This document shows positions 1-10,048 of a DNA stretch of 24,000 bases, piece by piece. The stretch comes from Coriobacteriia bacterium (GTDB lineage Bacteria > Actinomycetota > Coriobacteriia > Anaerosomatales > PALSA-660), in contig JANYLP010000084.1 of NCBI GenBank assembly GCA_025361445.1, forward strand, positions 1,009 through 25,008. The letters are read 5' to 3'. Position 1 is the first letter of the stretch, and the number at the start of each line of letters is the position of its first letter. The notes under the pieces are model-generated. The model saw nothing but the letters and a program-made list of their open reading frames with translations, ran no database searches and was not told where the DNA came from. The translations under genes were made by a program, and so were the position numbers.

Positions 1-1
1 A

Positions 2-676
2 GGGCCGGCGACCGTGCCGGTGTTTGCCGAAGCGTTCGGCGTCGATCCGGGGATCATCGTTGCCCTTGGACTCCCGCGCATCGACTATCTGCTCGCGTCT
101 TCGCGCGCGACGGCTCTGGAGAGTCCCGCGGTCGTTCGCCTGTGCTCGGATCACCCCGTCCTCGGCGATCGCACCCGGACCGTCGTCATGTACGCGCCGA
201 CGTTCCGGAGTGGCGGAGTCGGCCGTTACCAAGACGTCGCCGGGAGATTCTCGGGCGAGCGGTACACTCTGATCGTGAAGCCGCACCCGTTGGAGCGTGC
301 TTCGGTGACCGGCTCGAACGTCGTCAACGCGGGCGGTGTGGACGTCTCGGACCTGCTGCCGCTCTGCGACGCGGTCATCACCGACTACTCGGCCGTCGCC
401 CTCGAGGCGTGTGTGCTCGACGTGCCGGTCCTCTTCTGGGTGTACGACATCGACGAGTACTCGCGCATCAATGGGCTCAACGTCGATCTGCTCGCGGACT
501 TCCCCGAGGTCACGAGCCGCGAGCTTGAACCGCTCGCCGCACGGATCGACGGGCGCGAGTTCGATCCGGCTCCGCAGCGGCGCATGAAGGAACGCTATCT
601 CAGCGCGGCCGACGGCCGTTGTACAGAGAGGATCGCACGGATGATCATCGAGAACATACCGGGTCAGCGAGCGTGA
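2..676 (+). CDS. CDP-glycerol glycerophosphotransferase family protein (TagF/TagB-like), C-terminal part; the 5' end lies outside the window
   Basis: The frame is open from base 2, upstream of the listed ATG at 14. It carries the family motifs YAPTFR and ITDYSAVALEA. The stop TGA at 674-676 overlaps the next gene's GTG (GTGA). Confidence 0.8.
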   Translation, partial: GPATVPVFAEAFGVDPGIIVALGLPRIDYLLASSRATALESPAVVRLCSDHPVLGDRTRTVVMYAPTFRSGGVGRYQDVAGRFSGERYTLIVKPHPLERASVTGSNVVNAGGVDVSDLLPLCDAVITDYSAVALEACVLDVPVLFWVYDIDEYSRINGLNVDLLADFPEVTSRELEPLAARIDGREFDPAPQRRMKERYLSAADGRCTERIARMIIENIPGQRA

Positions 677-3555
677 GCGTTCCGACCGACACTTCACCGG
701 CACCGGCCCGTCGCTCGCTGCGCGCGCGCGTTCTCGGCCCCGCGAGGCGGTTCGTGGAGGCCCACCCGGTGCTGAAGAGCGCCTTCGGTCCCATCGTGCG
801 ACTGAGGCGTGGGCTCGCATACCGCGCGTTGTGCCGACGGTCCCCGCTCGATCCGCGAATGGTCATCTTCGAGTCGTTCGTCGGCTGGAAATACGCGTGC
901 AACCCCCGGGCGCTCTACGAACAGATGCTCGCCGATCCGCGGTTCGACGAATTCACCTTCGTCTGGGCGTTCAAGGAACCGGACAAGTACCGGGATCTGC
1001 CGGCGCTCGAACGCGCGGTGGTCGTCAAGTACGGGTCGCGCGAGTACTACCGGGCGCACGCCGAGGCGAGATACTGGATATCCAACTCCGTCGTCCCGAC
1101 CCGGATGAAGGTCCGTCCCGGGCAGGTATATCTGCAGACGTGGCACGGCAGCCCGCTCAAGCGGCTCGGGTGCGACCTCAGGCCGGGCACGGGCGCGGAC
1201 GCCAAGCGCGCCGTGGATGCGAAACACCGCTGGTACCACGCCGAGGGGCGCCGGTTGAGTTTGCTGCTTGCACAGTCCGGCTTCGCCTCAGCGAGGTTCG
1301 CTTCCGCTTTCGACATCCCCGCCTCGCTGCGCGGCTCGCGCGTGCTCGAGAGCGGCTACCCCCGGAACGACTTCCTGCACACCCACACTTCCGACGACGT
1401 CGCGCGCATCAGGACGCAGCTCGGATTGCCGGAGGGGAAACGCGTGCTTCTGTACGCTCCCACATGGCGGGACGACTCCCACGAGCCCGGCGTCGGCTAT
1501 ACGTTGGAGCCGGCCGTGGACTTCGAGGAACTGCGGCGGGAGTTCGGCGACACCCACGTCGTGCTCTTCCGCGCGCACTACCTGGTCGCGGACGCTTTCG
1601 ATTTCGAACGTTACGGCGGCTTCGTTCGCAACGTCTCCGACGCCGACGACATCAACGACTTCTTCGTCATCGCCGACATCCTTATCACCGACTACTCGAG
1701 TGTGATGTTCGACTACGCCAATCTGCATCGGCCGATCATCCTGTACATGTACGACCTGGAGAGCTATGCGAAGGACCTGCGGGGACTCTACCTTGGGCTC
1801 GAGGAGCTTCCCGGGCCCGTCGTTCGGACGATGCCCGAGCTGATCGAGGCGATCCGCGCAGCCGACGCCCCTGGTGGCGACGCCATCACGAAGTACCGGC
1901 ACGCCCGCGAGCGGTTCTCGTCACTTGACGACGGCCACGCGGGGGAGCGCGTGCTGGATCAGCTGCTCTCCTCAGAGGCCGGCGCCGAGCTCCGGGTCGC
2001 GGCCGAGTACATCTGGAGCTCACTCAAGGGTGACGACCTTTCCGTTTTCGGTCTGCTGGTCGCCCACGACACGCTCGCCGGATTCGACTTCAGGGGTCTG
2101 TCCATCGACATCGGGGGCACCCCGCTGCCCCTGCGTTGCCTCCCTGAGGCCGGCATCCGCCTGCCCGGTGGGCGCTGGCGGGTCGGCCTGTACCGTTTTC
2201 GCGTCCCGCTCGAGGATCTCGAGGCGCTCTCGACCCAGACCGCTGTGCGCCTGATCCACCGGGGCGCCGACGGGCGCTGGTTCGATCGGGCGCTCGGCTT
2301 CGGCGACCTGAGCCGGCTCCGCGCCGCGAGGCGTAGCCGCCTCTTCCGGGTGCACGGCGGCGAGTCCATGGCGCTCGTTCGGCAGTTGGGCGGCAACAAC
2401 CTCTACGTCACCGTGCGCCCTCACAAGCATACGGACACGTTCGCATCGCAGTTCAAGGTGATCCTCGCGCGTCTGGCCTCGCTCGTGTATCGCCCGGACG
2501 TCGTGCTCCTGTACGAGAAGGAGTCGGCCGGCTACGAGGAGAGCGCTGCGGCCGTGTTCGAGGCGTTGGTCGATTCGGGGCACACCAACGTGCGCTTCAT
2601 CCTCGACGGCGCCTCAGTCGACAAGGTCCCGGAGCGGTATCGCTCGCGCCTGGTCGAGCGGTTCTCGCTCGAGCACTACTTCCTGTACTTCTGCGCGCGC
2701 ACGTTCGTCGGCACGGAGCTGGTCTCGCACGCCATCGAGCTGCGGACGGTCGACCAGGTGCTCCTGCACCATCTCAGCCGAGGACGATTCACCTTCGTCT
2801 TTCTGCAGCATGGCGTCATGTACATGGTGGCTCTCGACTCCACGCAGCGAGCGTTCTTCCGTGCCGGAGCGAACTTCCCGAAGCGGTCGAAGATCGTGTG
2901 CTCCTCGAAGGTCGAGGCGGCGCACTTCGTCGAGCTAGGGGGTTTCGATGCGAAGAACATGTACGTGTCCGGTCTGCCGAAGTTCGATCGGGCGACCCGC
3001 GAGCCGGACTCCGACCGGATACTCATCATGCCGACCTGGCATCCGTGGGAAGCCAACACGATACGGACCCGGCCGAAGGAATCCCTGTACTACCGGATGC
3101 TTTCCGAGATGTACGCCGCTGTCCCGGACGACCTCAAGGCCAGGACCTGGGTTCTGCCGCACCCGCTGTTCCGGGACGAACTCGCGACCACGGAGCTTGC
3201 CGACCACATCTGGGGCGATTCCTACGACGAGGCGTTGCGCACGGCCTCGCTGCTCATCACCGACTACTCGTCGATCGCCTACGACGCCTTCTACCGCGGC
3301 GCCAACGTGGTCTTCTGGTGGAAGGAAAAGGACTACTGTATGGAGCAGTACGGCGGTCACCTGATGCTTGAGGCGGACACCGCGTTCGGTCCTGTGTGCT
3401 GGGAGGCGGCGTCGCTCACAGAGGCCGTCAGACGATGCTACCTGGCCCTGCAGGACGACGAGTACGTCGCGCGCTACCGTGAGATCGTCGAGTTCCATGA
3501 CGGCCACAACACGGATCGTCTCATCGCCATGATGGAGCGCGACAATCTGATCTGA
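673..3555 (+). CDS. Two-module CDP-glycerol glycerophosphotransferase (tandem TagF-like domains), about 960 aa
   Basis: The 619..3555 ORF has an in-frame GTG at 673 that forms a GTGA overlap with the upstream stop, so this is the likely start. Module 1 has VIFESF, LQTWHGSPLKRLG, YAPTWRDD and ITDYSSVMFDY. Module 2 has LQHGVMYMV, IMPTWHPWE and ITDYSSIAYDAFY. Confidence 0.85.
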   Translation: MSVPTDTSPAPARRSLRARVLGPARRFVEAHPVLKSAFGPIVRLRRGLAYRALCRRSPLDPRMVIFESFVGWKYACNPRALYEQMLADPRFDEFTFVWAFKEPDKYRDLPALERAVVVKYGSREYYRAHAEARYWISNSVVPTRMKVRPGQVYLQTWHGSPLKRLGCDLRPGTGADAKRAVDAKHRWYHAEGRRLSLLLAQSGFASARFASAFDIPASLRGSRVLESGYPRNDFLHTHTSDDVARIRTQLGLPEGKRVLLYAPTWRDDSHEPGVGYTLEPAVDFEELRREFGDTHVVLFRAHYLVADAFDFERYGGFVRNVSDADDINDFFVIADILITDYSSVMFDYANLHRPIILYMYDLESYAKDLRGLYLGLEELPGPVVRTMPELIEAIRAADAPGGDAITKYRHARERFSSLDDGHAGERVLDQLLSSEAGAELRVAAEYIWSSLKGDDLSVFGLLVAHDTLAGFDFRGLSIDIGGTPLPLRCLPEAGIRLPGGRWRVGLYRFRVPLEDLEALSTQTAVRLIHRGADGRWFDRALGFGDLSRLRAARRSRLFRVHGGESMALVRQLGGNNLYVTVRPHKHTDTFASQFKVILARLASLVYRPDVVLLYEKESAGYEESAAAVFEALVDSGHTNVRFILDGASVDKVPERYRSRLVERFSLEHYFLYFCARTFVGTELVSHAIELRTVDQVLLHHLSRGRFTFVFLQHGVMYMVALDSTQRAFFRAGANFPKRSKIVCSSKVEAAHFVELGGFDAKNMYVSGLPKFDRATREPDSDRILIMPTWHPWEANTIRTRPKESLYYRMLSEMYAAVPDDLKARTWVLPHPLFRDELATTELADHIWGDSYDEALRTASLLITDYSSIAYDAFYRGANVVFWWKEKDYCMEQYGGHLMLEADTAFGPVCWEAASLTEAVRRCYLALQDDEYVARYREIVEFHDGHNTDRLIAMMERDNLI

Positions 3556-3622
3556 TCTTCAACGGCGCCATCAGGAAGACATATCGACCACGACCGTATC
3601 GCCCGGGAGGTTGAACAGGATC

Positions 3623-4021
3623 GTGAAGCGCGTGCTCACATACGGTACTTTCGACCTGCTGCATCACGGGCACATCAGGTTGCTGAAGCGCGCGAAAGCG
3701 CTCGGCGACTATCTGGTCGTGGCCGTGTCAACGGACGAGTTCAACGCGGGCAAGGGCAAGACGTCGTATCACGACTACGAGACCCGCAAGGAGATCCTCG
3801 AGTCCATCCGCTTCGTCGATGAGGTCATCCCGGAATCGTCCTGGGAGCAGAAGCTCGACGACGTGAAGGGCCACGGGATCGACATCGTGGTCATGGGGGA
3901 CGACTGGGCCGACAGCGACCGCTTCGACTACCTCGAGGAGTACTGCGAACTCGTGTTCCTCCCGCGCACCGAGGGCGTGTCCACCTCGGAGATCAAGGAG
4001 GACCTCGGTGGCGCAGGTTAG
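3623..4021 (+). CDS. tagD: Glycerol-3-phosphate cytidylyltransferase
   Basis: MKRVLTYGTFDLLHHGHIRLLKRAKALGDYLVVAVSTDEFN ... MGDDW ... LPRTEGVSTSEIK runs collinear with B. subtilis TagD as I recall it. I prefer GTG 3623 (GGGAGG at 3605-3610) to the track's TTG 3611, which has no spacer after the SD. Confidence 0.92.
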   Translation: MKRVLTYGTFDLLHHGHIRLLKRAKALGDYLVVAVSTDEFNAGKGKTSYHDYETRKEILESIRFVDEVIPESSWEQKLDDVKGHGIDIVVMGDDWADSDRFDYLEEYCELVFLPRTEGVSTSEIKEDLGGAG

Positions 4022-4871
4022 TCAGCCGCCCCTCGATCTCCTGGCCATCCGGACGAAGCGCTACGGCGCGACGCTGCTGGACATCGTCCGGGAGCACAAG
4101 GAGTACTGGCGACAGATCTTCCAGCTTGCGGCTGTCGACCTGATCAAGACCTACCGCGGCTCCGCCCTGGGATGGCTGTGGGCGGTCATCAAGCCGACGG
4201 TCACGATCTTTGTGTACTGGTTCGCCTTCTCGGTCGGTTTGCGCGCGAGTAAGGACGTCGGCGGCTTCCCGTTCTTCCTGTGGCTGCTGGCCGGGATCAT
4301 CCCGTGGTTCTACATCCAGGAGATGCTCACGCAGGGGTCCACGAACTTCAAGCGCTACGACTACCTGGTGACCAAGATCCGGTTCCCGGTCTCAACGATC
4401 TCGACGTTCGTCAGCCTGTCCAAGATGTACGTGCATCTGGCGCTTCTGATGATCGTGGTCGTCATCTTCGTGCTCTTCGGCTACCCCGTGGATGTCTACT
4501 TCCTGCAGCTGCCCCTCTACGTGGCGCTCATGTTCGTGTTCTTCACCCTGTGGTCGATGTTCGCCTCACTGCTGTCGGCCATGAGCAAGGACTTTGCGAA
4601 CGTCGTCAACTCGTTCGTCACGGCTATCTTCTGGGTGTCGGGGATCATGTGGGACGTGAACCTCATCGACAGCCCGATCCTGTCGAAGGTGCTGGCGTTC
4701 AACCCGGTCACGTTCCTCGCGACCGGCTTCCGCAACGTCTTCATCTACAAGCGCTGGTTCTTCGAAGACACCTTCGCTCTCGCCGCGTTCGCGATCATGC
4801 TCGTGGGCATGTTCGGCCTCGCACTGTTCACATTCCATCGCCTGCGGCGCGACATCGCCGACGTGCTGTAG
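4008..4871 (+). CDS. tagG: Teichoic-acid/polysaccharide export ABC-2 type permease
   Basis: The GTG start overlaps the tagD 3' end by 14 nt. The protein has six predicted hydrophobic spans and an ABC-2 permease layout. It sits between tagD and a TagH-like ATPase. Confidence 0.82.
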   Translation: MAQVSQPPLDLLAIRTKRYGATLLDIVREHKEYWRQIFQLAAVDLIKTYRGSALGWLWAVIKPTVTIFVYWFAFSVGLRASKDVGGFPFFLWLLAGIIPWFYIQEMLTQGSTNFKRYDYLVTKIRFPVSTISTFVSLSKMYVHLALLMIVVVIFVLFGYPVDVYFLQLPLYVALMFVFFTLWSMFASLLSAMSKDFANVVNSFVTAIFWVSGIMWDVNLIDSPILSKVLAFNPVTFLATGFRNVFIYKRWFFEDTFALAAFAIMLVGMFGLALFTFHRLRRDIADVL

Positions 4872-4883
4872 AGGAGGCGGGAC

Positions 4884-5633
4884 ATGAAGTCAGACGTCGT
4901 CATCGAGTTCCGCCACGTGTACAAGCGCTATCGCCTGTACCGGAGCCAGAAGCACCGCCTCATCGGCATCTTCACGAAGCGCGTCAAGTACCGCGAGGTC
5001 TTCGCGAACCGCGACCTCACCTTCGAGATCAGGCGCGGCGAGTCGGTCGCCATCTTCGGGAAGAACGGCGCCGGCAAGTCCACGATGCTCAAGATGATCA
5101 CCGGCGTGGCCTTCCCGAGCTCCGGGCACATCAAGGTCGATGGTCGCGTGAGCGCGCTGCTCGAACTCACGGCGGGCTTCGACCCGGAATTCACCGGACG
5201 CGAGAACGTGCAGCTTCGCGGGCAGCTATGGGGGCTGGACAAGGAGGAGATCCTTGACCTCGAGAAGGAGGTCGTGGACTTCGCGGATATCGGCGTCTAC
5301 ATGGACCAGCCGATGCGCACCTACTCGAGCGGGATGAAGGCGCGCGTGGGTTTCGCGATCTCAGCCAGCATCAACCCTGAGATCCTGGTCGTGGACGAGG
5401 CGCTCTCCGTCGGCGACAAGGCCTTCCGCGAGAAGTGCGACCTCAAGATCAAGGAGATCATGGCGAAGGAGAACGTGACCGTCATCTTCGTCACGCACTC
5501 CTCCGCCTCGGCCGAGCGGGTATGCAACCGGGGCATCGTGTTGGAGAAGGGCAAGCTGGCCTTCGACGGGCCGATCCGGGCCGCGATCGAGTACTACGAA
5601 GGGCCGCAGGAGCAGTCGGTCCTGTCCTCCTGA
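4884..5633 (+). CDS. tagH: Teichoic-acid export ABC ATP-binding protein, short form without a C-terminal extension
   Basis: GAGGAGG lies 6 nt upstream of the ATG. Motifs: Walker A GKNGAGKSTMLKMITG, signature YSSGMKARVGFA, Walker B ILVVDEALSVGD. The N-terminal YKRYR..P segment is typical of TagH/Wzt-type ATPases. Confidence 0.88.
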   Translation: MKSDVVIEFRHVYKRYRLYRSQKHRLIGIFTKRVKYREVFANRDLTFEIRRGESVAIFGKNGAGKSTMLKMITGVAFPSSGHIKVDGRVSALLELTAGFDPEFTGRENVQLRGQLWGLDKEEILDLEKEVVDFADIGVYMDQPMRTYSSGMKARVGFAISASINPEILVVDEALSVGDKAFREKCDLKIKEIMAKENVTVIFVTHSSASAERVCNRGIVLEKGKLAFDGPIRAAIEYYEGPQEQSVLSS

Positions 5634-5634
5634 G

Positions 5635-5643
5635 TGGTAGAAT
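5635..5643 (+). promoter_or_regulatory. Candidate extended -10 promoter (TGgTAGAAT) for the SpoIID-like gene
   Basis: TG-n-TAGAAT follows the tagH stop directly, about 95 nt upstream of ATG 5739. No convincing -35 element is present. Confidence 0.3.
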
Positions 5644-5738
5644 CAAGTCCGACGCATGACAGTGCCCGTCCTTCAAGATGACCGTTGCAGCAGCTCCAGA
5701 CGCAGCCGTTCCACCGCACGGAAGGGACCGTGGCCGGC

Positions 5739-7844
5739 ATGACGGCTCACCCCAAGATCCTCCCGACCCTTCGCGCCGCCTCGAGCTTCTTCATGGTGCT
5801 CGCCGTTTGTGCTGCGGTCTTCGCCGCGCCCGCGCTTGCTCATGCCGATTCAATCTTCGCGGTGAGCGGCCGCGGATGGGGCCACGGCATCGGCATGACC
5901 CAGTACGGCGCGATGGGTTATGCCAACCAGGGCTGGGACTACAAGCGCATCCTCGCTTGGTACTTCCAGCACACGACGATCACCACGCGTCCCGAGCTGA
6001 CCGTCAAGGTCGACCTGGAGAACGAGAAGTCCGCGCGCGGCTCGTGGCTCGTGACTGCTGCAAGCACGGTGACGACGCTTACGATGAGCGATCCTGCGAG
6101 AGTGGAGCACAGCCTGGAGGTCACCGGAGGCGTGGCCGTGTGGGTCCAGTTCTCGGGCGGTAAGGCGGTCGTGCGTGCTGACCGCTACGACTCCGTCGCG
6201 AAGACGCACGCCGTCGGTTCGGTCGTGGCGACGTTCCCGGCCGCGGTCATCGCCTCGACCGGCCCCATGGCCGCATCGAAGGTGCGCCTCATCGGGACGA
6301 GCGGGCCCTTCTCCGATACCAACATCGCGTGGCGCGGGAACATCCTGTTCTCGCCCCATGACAGCACCACCGGCCACGCGATCAACTATGTGCCGATGGA
6401 GCAGTACCTCCGTGGTGTGGTTCCTCGCGAGTCCCCGTCGAGCTGGCCCGTGCAGGCGCTCAACGCGCAGGCCGTCGCGGCGCGCAGTTACGCGTACGGG
6501 GCGGCCTCGGCGGGCGAGATCCTGTGGTGTACGACGATGTCGCAGGTCTACAACGGGGCCGACAGCGGTCCGCACGACACCCACGAGGCCGCCAAGACCG
6601 ACACCGCCATCGCCGACACGGCCAACGAGTACGTCGTCTATGGCACCACCGTCGTGCAGACCTTCTTCTCCTCGAGCAGCGGCGGGCGCACCGCGAACAT
6701 CCAGGACGTCTGGCTCGGGAACACACCGCGCCCGTACTACACCAGCGTCGTGGACGCCGACGACGTGGGCGGCAACAGCAACTACCGGTGGTCGCTCGCG
6801 GACGTGAGCGGCACGACGCTCGCGGGCAATATCCGAGCCCACTACGCCTCACTTTCGCATGCTTCGCCGGCCACGGTCACCAACGTGACGCTCGATCCTG
6901 GTACCTCCGGCTGGATCCGGCACGTGACGCTGCACTGGTCGGCCGGGGTCGACACCGTGCTGACCGGACCGCAGTTCCAGCACGCGCTCGGGCTCAAGTC
7001 CTCCGCGTTCTCGGTCACGCTCAAGAACCCGCCTCCGCCACCGGCGACGCGATATCAGGACACCGACATCCGGCCGCTGTGGATCGGTGCCTTCTCCGTG
7101 GTCAAGACCGCAGCGGCCTCGGGAGGCACGTACCGGCTGGCAAGCACCGCGGGTGTCAACCTCACGGTCATGTTCAAGGGGTCGAGCGTGAGCTGGATCG
7201 CGACGACGGGCAACCACATGGGCAAGGCCGACGTCTCGCTCGACGGGACCCGGCTCGCCACCGTGGATCTCTATGCTTCGAGCACGCACTACAAGGTCGC
7301 CGCATGGACAAAGGCGGGGCTCAGCGCGGACGCGACGCACACGCTGGTCATCAAGGTCCTGGGCACACACCGGACGGCGTCCGGCGGCGCGTACGTAGCC
7401 GTCGACGCCATCGACGTCCTCGGCACGCTGATCGCGGTGCCGAGGCCTCCCGTATGGAAGCGGTACGACCAGAGCTCCTCCACGGTGTCACGCTCGGTCG
7501 GATGGAGCACATCGGCGCTAACGGGGTTGTGGGGCGGGACCCACCTCTATTCGCACGAGACGTCCGCGTCGGTCACGTTCACCTTCACAGGGACCCGCTG
7601 CCGCTGGATCGGCAAGCGAGCGTCCAATTACGGGAAGGCGTGGGCGAGTGTGGACGGAGCGACGCCGGTGCTCGTCGACCTTTACGCCACGAAGTCCCTC
7701 AACCAGCAGCGCCTATTTGAATCGGCGGTGCTCGCCCAGGGAACACATACCTTGACCATTCGCGTCGTAGGTACGAAGAACGCCAAATCGACCTACCACT
7801 ACGTCGACATCGACGCATTCGAGGCACTGCAGCCGGTGAAGTGA
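5739..7844 (+). CDS. Secreted SpoIID/LytB-domain protein with two tandem C-terminal beta-rich (carbohydrate-binding-like) modules
   Basis: ATG 5739 gives a signal peptide, MTAHPKILPTLRAASSFFMVLAVCAAVFAAPALAHA. SpoIID motifs are GRGWGHGIGMTQYGAMGYA, AQAVAARSYA and FSSSSGGRTAN. A proline linker (PPPPP) precedes two paralogous modules of about 125 aa. Confidence 0.85.
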   Translation: MTAHPKILPTLRAASSFFMVLAVCAAVFAAPALAHADSIFAVSGRGWGHGIGMTQYGAMGYANQGWDYKRILAWYFQHTTITTRPELTVKVDLENEKSARGSWLVTAASTVTTLTMSDPARVEHSLEVTGGVAVWVQFSGGKAVVRADRYDSVAKTHAVGSVVATFPAAVIASTGPMAASKVRLIGTSGPFSDTNIAWRGNILFSPHDSTTGHAINYVPMEQYLRGVVPRESPSSWPVQALNAQAVAARSYAYGAASAGEILWCTTMSQVYNGADSGPHDTHEAAKTDTAIADTANEYVVYGTTVVQTFFSSSSGGRTANIQDVWLGNTPRPYYTSVVDADDVGGNSNYRWSLADVSGTTLAGNIRAHYASLSHASPATVTNVTLDPGTSGWIRHVTLHWSAGVDTVLTGPQFQHALGLKSSAFSVTLKNPPPPPATRYQDTDIRPLWIGAFSVVKTAAASGGTYRLASTAGVNLTVMFKGSSVSWIATTGNHMGKADVSLDGTRLATVDLYASSTHYKVAAWTKAGLSADATHTLVIKVLGTHRTASGGAYVAVDAIDVLGTLIAVPRPPVWKRYDQSSSTVSRSVGWSTSALTGLWGGTHLYSHETSASVTFTFTGTRCRWIGKRASNYGKAWASVDGATPVLVDLYATKSLNQQRLFESAVLAQGTHTLTIRVVGTKNAKSTYHYVDIDAFEALQPVK

Positions 7845-7885
7845 CCGCGCCGCACCCGGGGCGCATTCCCAGGGGGAGGACGACC

Positions 7886-8704
7886 ATGAACGACGAGAGG
7901 CTCGCGAAGATCCGGCACGCGGCCGGTGAGTTGCGCTCGCTGTCCGGCGGCGTCGAGCCGCGTGCATTGGTCGTCCTGGGCAGCGGGCTTGGCGGCGTCG
8001 TCGATGCGATGGACGTCGCTTCCGAGGTCCCGTTCGCGATGCTGCCCGGGTACGCCGATTCCACCGTCATCGGACACGCCGGTAGGTTCGTATTCGGGAC
8101 GCTTTCCGGCACACCGGTGCTCGCGATGATGGGCCGGATCCATCTGTACGAAGGTCACAGCGCCGACAAGGTGGTACTTCCGGTGCGCGCAGCGCACCTG
8201 CTCGGCTGCAGCGTGATGATCGCAACGAACGCCGCCGGTGGCATCGCGCCACGCCTGAGAGTCGGCCAGACGATGATGATCACCGATCACATAAACCTGA
8301 TGGGCGCCAACCCGCTCACCGGAGCGAACATCGACGAGCTCGGGGTGCGCTTTCCTCCGATGGCCGACGCGTACAGTCCGCGGATGGCAGCGATCGCCCG
8401 CGAGCTCGCCGACGAAGCGAGCATCGAGATGGAGGAAGGCGTCTACGCCGGTGTCCCGGGCCCGAACTACGAGACGCCGGCCGAGATCCGCTATCTGCAC
8501 GCCATCGGAGCCGATGCAGTCGGGATGTCGACCGTGCCGGAGGTCATCGCGGCGCGCCACTGCGGCATGGAGGTCGCTGGCTTCTCGCTCATCGCGAATG
8601 TGGCCGGCGAGATGACCGATTCGCACGAGCACGTGCTGGCCGCGGTGGAGGCTGGCGCCCCGGTGCTGGCGTCGCTGGTGGCTGGTATACTCGCCCGGCT
8701 GTGA
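7886..8704 (+). CDS. punA: Purine nucleoside phosphorylase, trimeric PunA/PNP-I family
   Basis: GGGGGAGGA lies 5 nt upstream of ATG 7886. Motifs [45 protein letters not shown] and [20 protein letters not shown] are collinear with B. subtilis PunA as I recall it. Confidence 0.9.
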   Translation: MNDERLAKIRHAAGELRSLSGGVEPRALVVLGSGLGGVVDAMDVASEVPFAMLPGYADSTVIGHAGRFVFGTLSGTPVLAMMGRIHLYEGHSADKVVLPVRAAHLLGCSVMIATNAAGGIAPRLRVGQTMMITDHINLMGANPLTGANIDELGVRFPPMADAYSPRMAAIARELADEASIEMEEGVYAGVPGPNYETPAEIRYLHAIGADAVGMSTVPEVIAARHCGMEVAGFSLIANVAGEMTDSHEHVLAAVEAGAPVLASLVAGILARL

Positions 8705-8757
8705 ACCCCATGCGCGCCTGTGCGCGCGCGAAAGAAGCGTATTCCAAAGGAGCATTC

Positions 8758-10017
8758 ATGGATAATCACGTGAAGGATCTGGCGCTGGCCGACGCGGGCA
8801 AGGCTCGGATCGAGTGGGCCGACCGCGACATGCCGGTGCTCGCCAGCATCCGCGACCGGTTCGAGGTCGAGAAGCCGCTCGCCGGCATGCGCATCAGCGC
8901 GTGTCTGCACGTCACCACCGAGACCGCGAACCTCATGCGCACGCTTCAGGCCGGCGGCGCGGACATCGTGCTGTGCGCCAGCAACCCGCTCTCCACGCAG
9001 GATGATGTCGCGGCCGCGCTCGTTCAGCACTATGGGATCCGCACCTACGCGATCAAGGGTGAGGACACCGAGACGTACTACCGCCACATCGACGCAGCGA
9101 TCGATCACAAGCCCAACATCACGATGGATGACGGTGCCGACGTCGTCGGTCGCGTGCACGCCGAGCGTCCCGAGATGCTCGCCGACATCATCGGCGGTAC
9201 CGAGGAGACGACCACCGGCGTCATCCGCCTTCGCGCGATGGCCGCCGACGGCGCCCTGAAGTTCCCGATCGTGTCGGTCAACGACGCGAACACGAAGCAC
9301 CTGTTCGACAACCGCTACGGCACCGGCCAGTCGACGATCGACGGCGTCATCCGTGCCACGAACCGCCTCATCGCGGGCCGCACGGTCGTCGTCTCGGGAT
9401 ACGGCTGGTGCGGACGCGGTATCGCGATGCGCGCCAGCGGACTCGGCGGCAACGTCATCGTGTGCGAGGTCGATCCGCTCGCCGCGCTCGAGGCTGTCAT
9501 GGACGGCTACCGCGTCATGCCGTGCGTCGAGGCCGCCCCGCTCGCGGACATCTGGCTCACGGTCACCGGCGACGTCAACGTCATCGGCGCGGACGCCATC
9601 GACGTCCTGAAGGACGGCGCCATCCTGGCCAACTCAGGTCACTTCAACGTCGAGATCGACATCCCGCACCTTCGCTCCAAGGCGGTCTCGGAGCGCGAGG
9701 TGCGCCCGCTGGTGGAGGAGTTCGTCTTCGCCGACGGTCGCGTCGTCCACCTGCTCGCCGACGGCCGCCTTGTGAACCTGTCCTGCGCCGAGGGCCATCC
9801 CGCATCGGTCATGGACATGTCGTTTGCGAACCAGGCGCTCTCCGCCGAGTACATGGTGAAGAACCACGAATCGATGACGGCCGGTGTCTACCCGGTCCCC
9901 GCCGATATCGATGCCGAGATCGCGCGTCTCAAGCTCGCTTCGATGGGCGTCAAGATCGACACGCTCACAGCCGAGCAGGCCAAGTACCTCGCGACCTGGA
10001 ACGAGGGTACGGTCTAG
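8758..10017 (+). CDS. ahcY: Adenosylhomocysteinase (S-adenosyl-L-homocysteine hydrolase)
   Basis: AAAGGAG lies 5 nt upstream of ATG 8758. Motifs: [18 protein letters not shown], the NAD-binding [18 protein letters not shown] and [10 protein letters not shown]. Confidence 0.95.
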   Translation: MDNHVKDLALADAGKARIEWADRDMPVLASIRDRFEVEKPLAGMRISACLHVTTETANLMRTLQAGGADIVLCASNPLSTQDDVAAALVQHYGIRTYAIKGEDTETYYRHIDAAIDHKPNITMDDGADVVGRVHAERPEMLADIIGGTEETTTGVIRLRAMAADGALKFPIVSVNDANTKHLFDNRYGTGQSTIDGVIRATNRLIAGRTVVVSGYGWCGRGIAMRASGLGGNVIVCEVDPLAALEAVMDGYRVMPCVEAAPLADIWLTVTGDVNVIGADAIDVLKDGAILANSGHFNVEIDIPHLRSKAVSEREVRPLVEEFVFADGRVVHLLADGRLVNLSCAEGHPASVMDMSFANQALSAEYMVKNHESMTAGVYPVPADIDAEIARLKLASMGVKIDTLTAEQAKYLATWNEGTV

Positions 10018-10048
10018 CCCCGGCCGCCCGTTTTGCGCGCACTTCCAC

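Noticed and set aside
619-672. ATG 619 as the start of the two-module TagF protein, and similar N-terminal extensions in the track at 5685, 7841, 8701, 10033, 14518, 15852 and 16537.
   Set aside because: The extensions overlap upstream genes or terminator hairpins and lack an SD. Internal starts with an SD, a signal peptide or a homologous N-terminus fit better (673, 5739, 7886, 8758, 10162, 14581, 15924, 16726).
831-1928. Long off-frame + strand ORFs, for example 831-1928, 4280-5257, 6524-7720, 9408-10118, 11433-12368 and 15776-16690.
   Set aside because: They overlap well-supported genes in another frame. Their products are Arg/Pro/Ala-rich and motif-free, and they have no SD or operon logic.
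8705-8757. Possible SAH riboswitch upstream of ahcY.
   Set aside because: Only 53 nt of spacer is available. It holds a small GCGCGC-CTGT-GCGCGC hairpin, but I could not find the conserved SAH-element strings there or in the adjacent punA 3' end.
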